Of a DNA stretch of 64,000 nt, positions 56,501 to 64,000 are shown piece after piece. This DNA is from a virus (taxonomy: Duplodnaviria > Caudoviricetes). How positions within the stretch are numbered: the first letter of the stretch is position 1; every line of letters starts with the position of its first letter. The translations under genes were made by a program, and so were the position numbers. The stretch lies in the IMG/VR virus record IMGVR_UViG_3300028048_002144; one strand, given 5' to 3'. The notes beneath the pieces were generated by a model, which was not told the origin of the DNA, ran no database searches, and worked only from the letters and a program-made list of their open reading frames with translations.

Positions 56501-59500
56501 TTATGGGAATATAGTCCAAGAACCAATAAGCTCTGAATTTCTATTATATCCACCTGCTTGTGGGCAATATACCCAAGCTCTACCTCTATAAGAACCGATT
56601 GACCATCCTCTACCGAAGTTATCTCCAGTATTTGAACCATGTAGTTCCCCTACACCCGCATTTGCTCTAACTGCGTCAGAAGAAATTTGATATGGATGAT
56701 ATCCGCCCCTACTTGTAGCGGTTCCTGTATGAGCATTTGAAGATTTCCAATGAGCATAAAGTGTTATATTAGATGTCCAAGTATATTTATTTGTATTAGT
56801 AATCTTAGTACCACCACTTGCAGCGGTGTACCAACCATCAAATGTATAATCAGTTCTATACTGTGGCGTACAAAGTCTATCCCAGTAGCCTAAATCGTGT
56901 CCACCATATCCATGCCATACTTCTGTATCCCAATACTGAGTACCATTCCAGATACCAGATGAAGCCTTAGAAGCTGATGGTAAGGATAAGTTACTGCCAT
57001 AACTAAATGTCTTTGTTGTAGTATTACAGCTACCGCCATTTGCGTTAAATGTAATAGTATAAGTATTTGCCTTAAAATTAGCAGTTAAATGAATATCTCC
57101 GAGTACATTTCTATTAATTACAGGATTAATAGTTGGTTTGTCAAATCCAGTTCCAGTCCATCCAGTAAATGTATATCCGGCTTTTGATACACTAGGAATT
57201 GTAAGCTTCTGTTCTTTATTATGAGCATCTGGAAGATTAACTCCTTGTGCAGCTTTTCCACCATTAAGGTTATAAGTAATCTTATAAGCTATTGGTTTCC
57301 ATACAGCTGTCATAAATACATCATCATGACATGTTTTAAGAACAGTAAATGACATTATTCCATTATGTGATGTAAGAGAATTTGCTCTTATTCCTGCAGA
57401 AGCAAGTTGAGTATTGATCTCGTCTAATGTCTTACCTTCCCAGAAACTCTTATCGAAGGTATAATTGCCTACATTAAGTGACCATCCTTCGAATTCGTAT
57501 CCTGGTCTATCTGGTAATACATTATATTCTTTCTCTTCACTATACTTAAATGTATCAATATCTTTAACAATTCTGTCTTGTGATAAATTACCGTCATTAT
57601 CATATACAAAGTTATTATCATCTTCATTTACAATATAAGTTGCTTCTTCATAAACTGGACTAAATGTAATTGTAGCTCCGTCTGTAATAGTAAGTGACTT
57701 ATTAATTTCTTTAGTGAATATCTCTCCAGTTGCATTATTCTTCCAACCAACAAGATTAAATCCAGGCTTAATTGTAAGCTGACTGAATTCTGTATCAGTT
57801 ACTCCGAATGTATGTGCAATTAGAGGTTTTACTTCATCATACTTTATTTTAGCAGATAATGTCTTTGATAAGCCAGTAAGATTAATTGTATAAGTAATAG
57901 GTTTCCACTGTGCATATAAAGTAAATGTATCGTTATCAGTGTCACAAAGAGATTTAACTACCTCTCCACCCTTATAGAGTGGTTTATAATTAGCATTATC
58001 ATCTTTGTACGAGTCTGCTTTAGTATCCCATCCAAGGAAGATATATCCTGGTCTGTTAAACATATTCGCAGATACAGTAATATTATCTGGATAATTAATA
58101 TCATTTATTATCTTCTGTGTTGCATCTGTTCCAAAATTACTATCATATGCAAGATTATACTTATTAGCTACCCAAACAGCCTTCATTGTAAGCTTACCAC
58201 CGTTTTGCTGCTCATAGAATTTATCATTAGCCAAATAAATCTTATTTGAATGAGAACTCTGCCAGCCATTAAATGTGTAACCTTTCTTTTCTGGTGTGTC
58301 TGCTAATGTTGTATAACCATCTGGTCCTATAACTGTATCAGTTACAGTTCCTTTACCGCCATCTAAATCATAAGTAAGTGTATAAGGATTATTTCTACCC
58401 CAGATAGCATAAAGGGTAATCTCATTAGATTCACTATCGTTATCTGCAAGGTTTTCTACTACTGCCATATCAGAATAGATTGGCTTACCGTTTGGTACAT
58501 CACTCCATCCCATGAAGTGATATCCGTCTTTAGTATATTCGCATTTCTTGAGTGCAAATGAAACACCATTATGAGCAATAGAATTGTCCATATGTCCAGA
58601 TGCATTTGATGGATCATATATGATTGTGTATGGTGCATTTAAGTCTTTCCATACTGCATATAATTCTACAGATTTAATAGTTTCATCATCAGGAGAAATA
58701 TTAGCCTTTACCTTATTCTTATATTCAACCTTTCCATTAGGAGTTGTACTCCATCCAAGGAATTTATGGTTTTCTCTAGTATATTTATTTGCTGGTAATT
58801 GTGCTTTCTTTCCGTATTCGTACCATTTTTCGCTCATTACTCCATCACCGCCATTGGCATTGAAGTAAACAGCGTATTTGCTAGTATCCTTAATAAGGTT
58901 ATCAAGACCGTCTTCGCTCTTATCCTTATATTTAATATTATCATTAGAATCTTTAGCATAAGCCCTAGATTTGACTAAGATATCATTATAGAAGTTTTTG
59001 AGTGAATCTTCTCTATCGAAGTTCTCTCGTTTCCATGTTCCATCTTCGTTTAATCTATACTTACCATTCTCAAAGTTAGTCATTGCATTCTTATCGATCC
59101 ATTCCTGGCCATTTAAGATATCGTTCTTTCCAAGAGTAAATGCATACATACAATGCTTTAAATCTTCCGATTTAGTCTCTTTAGAGAAGAGTTTATCTTT
59201 GTTAGAATACAGTGCTTTTTCATCATTTAAGAATGATTCTAATACTTTTCTGTAATTATCGTTCCAGTACCATACTGAATAATCTTCAAGTCCACCTTTT
59301 GCATGTCCTTTTGATATAGGCTTCCATGTAGCCTTATCATCTTTCTTTGCATTAGGTGCTTTTGATGGATCATTCTTATCGTAATTATTCTTATCAATAA
59401 ATCTTACATAATTCGCAGTAAATTGATCTTTTCCTGTAGTTTTATCTTTAGCTCTATTTCCGTCATTATCAGTCTCTCTTGTCTTGATAGGATCAGAACT

Positions 59501-62500
59501 ATTTACCCAGACATCTACAGTCTTATCAGTTATATTTCCGGCCCAGTCTGTCGCTCTATAAGTTACAGATACTGAACCTCTTTCATCAATATTCTTAAAT
59601 TCATTTACATTGTAATCAAGAATATATACTACATCATTATCAACTGGAGCATTATTTACACTATCTAAACATGTTGTTTTAAGTGCAGTTCCATCTAAAT
59701 CATCACGAAGTTTGAATATATTGTAATATCCGTCTTCGTTATCATTTATTTCAGCATAATTATTATTGCCTTTTACAATAGCTTTAAATAAATCTTTTTT
59801 AGTAAGTGTCTTTGTTTTATCTGTAGTAATATACAAATTCTTTGAACTTGTGAATACTGGTGATTTATCCCAGATAGCATACACATTAATTACAGCACCA
59901 TTCTTATATTCGCTACGATTTGATTTAATAATATTTTTTAATACTATAGCACTATCTGGTTTTCTCTTAATATTATTTGCTGCATCTGTTAAATCACTTC
60001 CAGATACGTTCAAATTTCTATTAATATTGATTCCATAACCATTATTTCTAGGCTTATTCTGGTTTTTATTTAGATCCCAACCAGTAAAAATATAATGATT
60101 ATTGCTATCTTCTGGTTCAATAAAAATGTTCTTAATCTTATTAGCCTGGTCTTTAGTATAAGCACCCTTAGTTGGGGCATTTGTTGTTTGTCCAAGTGTA
60201 TTCATTCCACACTTATCTCCAATATTTTCATACTGAATTGTTTGTGAAATATAATCATCTGGACGGTTATTATTATTATGATATCTTAATTCATAAGTAT
60301 TAACTTCCCAAATAGCTATAAGATTTATACTTCCTTTAGTACCATTTGTAGGTAGACCAAGGGCTTTCCAAGAAGCTTCGTTAAATCCACCATTTCCGGC
60401 TAAAACTTTACCAGGATCTGCAAATTTATCATTTCTAGTAACATTTCTATTACCTTTGTTGATAGCCCAACCTTTAAAAGTATAACCTTCTCTAGTTGGA
60501 ATTTGGTTAGAGATTTGGCATGGTTTTTCATATGAACCTGACTGGTTAGCAATTCTAGTTCCGCCATTAGAATCATAATTAATATTAAATTCCCAAGCTT
60601 TAGCTTTAAAATTAACTGGATTAGAACCAGGGATTATATGAACATTTTGATTATTTCCTTGTGTGTAACTATAACCAAAGGCAGGTATTGCACTCACTGA
60701 TTGAGTTGTACCAGGGAAATACCAACCTTCTCCGCTTTTACTAATACAATGTTCTGCATTAATAGTCACGTATCCGTTAGGCAAACTAACAGCCTGGTCA
60801 TACCATTCGTTATAATCTTTAGCAGAACCACCACCAAAACGACCTTTAAAGCCTAATCGAGCAGCATAATAATTAGCTTCATCTTTACTATTTGCGTCTG
60901 CATAATGTGAACCATTATATATAAACTCTACTTGATGAGCATTAATGTAAATTGTACAAGATGATAAACCATTACCATGAATATAATTATTTACTGCATT
61001 AATACCGCCAGGGCAATTTGCAGCAATATCACTATAATAATAACGATAATCATTATATCGAATACCATTTGACACATAATCTCGATATGCAACGTCAGGA
61101 AGTGTTGCTGTAAATACACCGTTAATACTAAAGTCTTTAGAATGTACTTGAAATCTTGTACTACCAGTAGCTGCATGAGATTCAGTATGGTGTTCAATTC
61201 CATTAGGTCCAACCGTATAAGCAACCTGTGGTCTTAATAAGTCTGGTATAGTAGGGAATGGTACAGAAGGCTCATCTTCTGAATCTTCGGTCTTAGCATT
61301 CTTAATAATATCTTTTACTCTATTCTCATCTGATAAAATAGCATTAATATTATCATTATCTATAAAACCATTTCCAAAATAAACATCCTTACCAGAGTCT
61401 CCTAAATCACTCGCAGCATTTTTAAGAATATCATTTACATAATAAACATTATTCTTTTTATCAATACCTAAGTTATTAATAGACTTTATTACGTTAGTTA
61501 CTAATCCAGTAGCAAAACTTGTAGCATTAGATGTACCAGAATATCTAACATTGTGTTCAGTATCATCATAATCGCCATAAGTTGAGAAATCTACGTTAGC
61601 ACCAAAGTTTGAATAAGATGCTCGTGATTTATCTACTATTGTGGCAGATATTGTAATTGCATCATTAATGTTAGCTGGACAATAATCTTTAGTATCACTA
61701 GAATAGTTTCCGGCTGCGGTAATTACAGGTATACCATTCTTTTTAGCTTTTTTAATACTATCCTTCAAAATAGATGAAGAACCTTTCATAGTAGAAGGGA
61801 TACAAATAACATCTACTTTCTTTTCGATAGCATTTAGAATAGCTGTGTTAAGTAATGATACATTACTAATACCTTGTGAACCAAAGATCTTAATAGGGTA
61901 AATTTTAGTATTTTCGTTTCCTGTTTTTACGATATCTTCTGCCATCAAAGTTCCATGTCCATTAAAGTCCATATAGTTTTCATAGTCTTTTTCATCATAA
62001 GGAACGAAATTCTTAAAATCACTATTATAAGAAACTAATTTACCATCTAACAACTTATCTTTTGGATTTACACCAGTATCAATAAGAGCAACTATAACTT
62101 CATTACCATTTACTACATTTTCATTAGTAAGAGTATCTACTGTTTCAACATCTTTTTTTACTTCGGAACTATCATTAGTTGTCTTATCATTCGCATCAAC
62201 AGATACAAGTGATAAGTCGTAATCAACTTTAAGCCCCATATCTTTGAATTTGTTATAGGCTGCTTCTGCTGATTCATTATTTTCATAAGTCAAAATATAA
62301 AAATCTGATCCAGCAGTTGTTTCTTTAGCTCCATAAGTATTATTTAATTTTGTTGCTTTAACTATGAGTCGCTTTGAAATTTCTGAAGAAGTTTTGATCG
62401 TGTTATTAAGCTCACTGGCTAATATAGTGTCTGTAGACTCCTTCGTGACTTCTTCTGAAGGAGGCCCTTGCGCTCTTGCATAAATTGGCGTATTAGTGAA

Positions 62501-62581
62501 AATCATCGCTAATGCCAGAACAAGAGATGTCACGTTCTTACATTTGGGCAAATGTAAGCTTTTGTAATGCCTAAAATTCAT
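56501..62581 (-). CDS. large secreted S8 subtilase with Listeria-Bacteroides (InlB B-like) repeats
   Basis: signal peptide; triad LIDTG / GHGT / SGTSNA; many YDxNGG...GYTFxGW...LYAxW repeats. Confidence 0.85.
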   Translation of the reverse strand: MNFRHYKSLHLPKCKNVTSLVLALAMIFTNTPIYARAQGPPSEEVTKESTDTILASELNNTIKTSSEISKRLIVKATKLNNTYGAKETTAGSDFYILTYENNESAEAAYNKFKDMGLKVDYDLSLVSVDANDKTTNDSSEVKKDVETVDTLTNENVVNGNEVIVALIDTGVNPKDKLLDGKLVSYNSDFKNFVPYDEKDYENYMDFNGHGTLMAEDIVKTGNENTKIYPIKIFGSQGISNVSLLNTAILNAIEKKVDVICIPSTMKGSSSILKDSIKKAKKNGIPVITAAGNYSSDTKDYCPANINDAITISATIVDKSRASYSNFGANVDFSTYGDYDDTEHNVRYSGTSNATSFATGLVTNVIKSINNLGIDKKNNVYYVNDILKNAASDLGDSGKDVYFGNGFIDNDNINAILSDENRVKDIIKNAKTEDSEDEPSVPFPTIPDLLRPQVAYTVGPNGIEHHTESHAATGSTRFQVHSKDFSINGVFTATLPDVAYRDYVSNGIRYNDYRYYYSDIAANCPGGINAVNNYIHGNGLSSCTIYINAHQVEFIYNGSHYADANSKDEANYYAARLGFKGRFGGGSAKDYNEWYDQAVSLPNGYVTINAEHCISKSGEGWYFPGTTQSVSAIPAFGYSYTQGNNQNVHIIPGSNPVNFKAKAWEFNINYDSNGGTRIANQSGSYEKPCQISNQIPTREGYTFKGWAINKGNRNVTRNDKFADPGKVLAGNGGFNEASWKALGLPTNGTKGSINLIAIWEVNTYELRYHNNNNRPDDYISQTIQYENIGDKCGMNTLGQTTNAPTKGAYTKDQANKIKNIFIEPEDSNNHYIFTGWDLNKNQNKPRNNGYGININRNLNVSGSDLTDAANNIKRKPDSAIVLKNIIKSNRSEYKNGAVINVYAIWDKSPVFTSSKNLYITTDKTKTLTKKDLFKAIVKGNNNYAEINDNEDGYYNIFKLRDDLDGTALKTTCLDSVNNAPVDNDVVYILDYNVNEFKNIDERGSVSVTYRATDWAGNITDKTVDVWVNSSDPIKTRETDNDGNRAKDKTTGKDQFTANYVRFIDKNNYDKNDPSKAPNAKKDDKATWKPISKGHAKGGLEDYSVWYWNDNYRKVLESFLNDEKALYSNKDKLFSKETKSEDLKHCMYAFTLGKNDILNGQEWIDKNAMTNFENGKYRLNEDGTWKRENFDREDSLKNFYNDILVKSRAYAKDSNDNIKYKDKSEDGLDNLIKDTSKYAVYFNANGGDGVMSEKWYEYGKKAQLPANKYTRENHKFLGWSTTPNGKVEYKNKVKANISPDDETIKSVELYAVWKDLNAPYTIIYDPSNASGHMDNSIAHNGVSFALKKCEYTKDGYHFMGWSDVPNGKPIYSDMAVVENLADNDSESNEITLYAIWGRNNPYTLTYDLDGGKGTVTDTVIGPDGYTTLADTPEKKGYTFNGWQSSHSNKIYLANDKFYEQQNGGKLTMKAVWVANKYNLAYDSNFGTDATQKIINDINYPDNITVSANMFNRPGYIFLGWDTKADSYKDDNANYKPLYKGGEVVKSLCDTDNDTFTLYAQWKPITYTINLTGLSKTLSAKIKYDEVKPLIAHTFGVTDTEFSQLTIKPGFNLVGWKNNATGEIFTKEINKSLTITDGATITFSPVYEEATYIVNEDDNNFVYDNDGNLSQDRIVKDIDTFKYSEEKEYNVLPDRPGYEFEGWSLNVGNYTFDKSFWEGKTLDEINTQLASAGIRANSLTSHNGIMSFTVLKTCHDDVFMTAVWKPIAYKITYNLNGGKAAQGVNLPDAHNKEQKLTIPSVSKAGYTFTGWTGTGFDKPTINPVINRNVLGDIHLTANFKANTYTITFNANGGSCNTTTKTFSYGSNLSLPSASKASSGIWNGTQYWDTEVWHGYGGHDLGYWDRLCTPQYRTDYTFDGWYTAASGGTKITNTNKYTWTSNITLYAHWKSSNAHTGTATSRGGYHPYQISSDAVRANAGVGELHGSNTGDNFGRGWSIGSYRGRAWVYCPQAGGYNRNSELIGSWTIFP

Positions 62582-62720
62582 AGCAAAAGTCCTTTCTAAA
62601 AATATTTATTTGTACTATAAAAATATGACAGATTATCATATTTTGACGGATTTTTTATATAAAAAAAAGAGCAAGAAATTATCTTGCTCTTTTTAGGGGA
62701 GGAAATCACATGAATAAATA

Positions 62721-63662
62721 CTAAGCAGCTACCACATGTTTATGGTCATAACCAGTAATAGTAACGTTATCCACGTTCGCATTAACGTATTTAGCTAGGC
62801 GATATTTGAAAACTTCAACAATATTCTCAAGAGAAACAGCGTATCTTTCATTGAAGTAATTAATAATATCCTCATGTTTAAGGATATCATCATCCTTCTT
62901 TGCAAAATACATGAATAAATAAGCGCCCTGCTTAAATACATCATCTGGCAAACTATCCATAAATTCCTTGAATTCCTTATCCGACATCTTTTTGTCTGGA
63001 TTTGGATTGTCAGTAGTAAAGATATTCTTCATCTTATAGTAGCTTTTAAGAGAAATACATGCAGTTTTAGGTACTGAATCCTCACATTTTCTGTGTGTAT
63101 AAGCATACATATTAGTGTATGCCCATAACTCCTCAACAGAATCAGTCTGCACATCCATACCAGCTTTTTTAGTTCTAATAAAAATCTCATTAGTATACTG
63201 TGTAAGATTTTTATAAGATTTTTTAGCAAGCTGAAGAGCTGCTTGACGAGATCCATGCTTTATAGGGAAACTGTGACAAATTCTCTTTGCAACATCTGTT
63301 GAGTTATAAGTACGAATTAACTCGTCTAACATACCTTTAAGAATAGTCCCGTTAGCTAATTCAACGTTCTCAAAAGACTTTGCATACTCATCATAGCCAT
63401 AATAAGCCTGAGTCTTAACCAGATTGTGACGAAGTATATTCCCGTACAAGCCACATAAACCTCTATAAGCGAGAACTTTACTTCTACCACCTTCTAAGTA
63501 TAGACTAGCATATCCTCTAGCTACAGTAGTCCTACCATATAGCTTAACAAGCTTCTTATAAGACTCTGGCATCTGAGTGGATAGAATAAACTTCTCCTTA
63601 CGACCATTTACATGAATATAAACTACAAGATCCTCATATGTCAATGTACTAGTTCTTCCCAT
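62721..63662 (-). CDS. hypothetical protein
   Basis: 313 aa, AAAGGAG RBS, conserved leader upstream. Confidence 0.75.
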   Translation of the reverse strand: MGRTSTLTYEDLVVYIHVNGRKEKFILSTQMPESYKKLVKLYGRTTVARGYASLYLEGGRSKVLAYRGLCGLYGNILRHNLVKTQAYYGYDEYAKSFENVELANGTILKGMLDELIRTYNSTDVAKRICHSFPIKHGSRQAALQLAKKSYKNLTQYTNEIFIRTKKAGMDVQTDSVEELWAYTNMYAYTHRKCEDSVPKTACISLKSYYKMKNIFTTDNPNPDKKMSDKEFKEFMDSLPDDVFKQGAYLFMYFAKKDDDILKHEDIINYFNERYAVSLENIVEVFKYRLAKYVNANVDNVTITGYDHKHVVAA

Positions 63663-63770
63663 TTTAATTCTCCTTTCTTTCTGTCCTTTACAGAAAACAA
63701 AAAGTCAGGAGATAGGTAACTCCCGACTTTCATTAAATACGTTTCAATATTTATATGACAGATTTTTTTA
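63663..63770 (-). promoter_or_regulatory. promoter plus 5' leader with terminator-like hairpin (copy 2)
   Basis: near-identical to 2860-2970 with different loops. Confidence 0.65.
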
Positions 63771-64000
63771 TCTTTTTAGTAGGGTGTTTAAAATTATATA
63801 ATCCTACTTCTATAACACAATTTGCTTTGAATACAAGTAATTAGGAATATAAGAAGTAAAGAGGATAATGTAAAAAAATAGTTGAATAAAGCTATAACCT
63901 GTAATAGAAGTAAGCTGGTTAATGCTATATAACAAGACTCCATAAGAAGAATAAAATGAGTATATAGGTAATATAGAACCCTATGCCATAAATAATAGCA

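Overview
Very AT-rich segment of a large conjugative plasmid or megaplasmid, most likely from a Clostridia/Lachnospiraceae-type Firmicute (inferred from gene content and AGGAG-type RBSs). Almost all genes are on the minus strand; only rep, parA plus partner, mobV and two small ORFs are on plus. Modules: (1) small accessory genes, 1-6.6 kb. (2) A ~9 kb minus-strand RNA operon (6.9-15.6 kb). It holds 14 tRNAs with readable anticodons, four of which (Cys, His, Trp, Lys) have non-canonical long variable arms and one of which has an ACU anticodon, plus four anticodon-defective tRNA-like RNAs. It also holds a tRNA-Leu(UAA) split by a group I intron encoding an HNH endonuclease, a ~608-nt ROOL-like RNA, spacer hairpins displaying anti-Shine-Dalgarno sequences, and a HipA-like kinase pair. 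(3) DEDDh exonuclease, gmk, a ~25-iteron origin and a Rep_3 initiator. (4) NERD proteins, VirD4, ParA, and a Gram-positive T4SS (VirB4, PrgI, VirB6-like, pilin-like, CHAP hydrolase). (5) A Tad/Flp pilus and an HD-GYP protein, with two ORF-less IscB-type (omegaRNA/HEARO) elements inserted exactly at start codons. (6) Small acidic proteins including a stand-alone MecA C-terminal-like domain, a repeat-rich region, a MobV relaxase, and a 2026-aa subtilase/repeat surface protein. One motif (TCTGTCATATT/ATTCATATT) precedes most transcription units. All calls are by eye, with no database searches.
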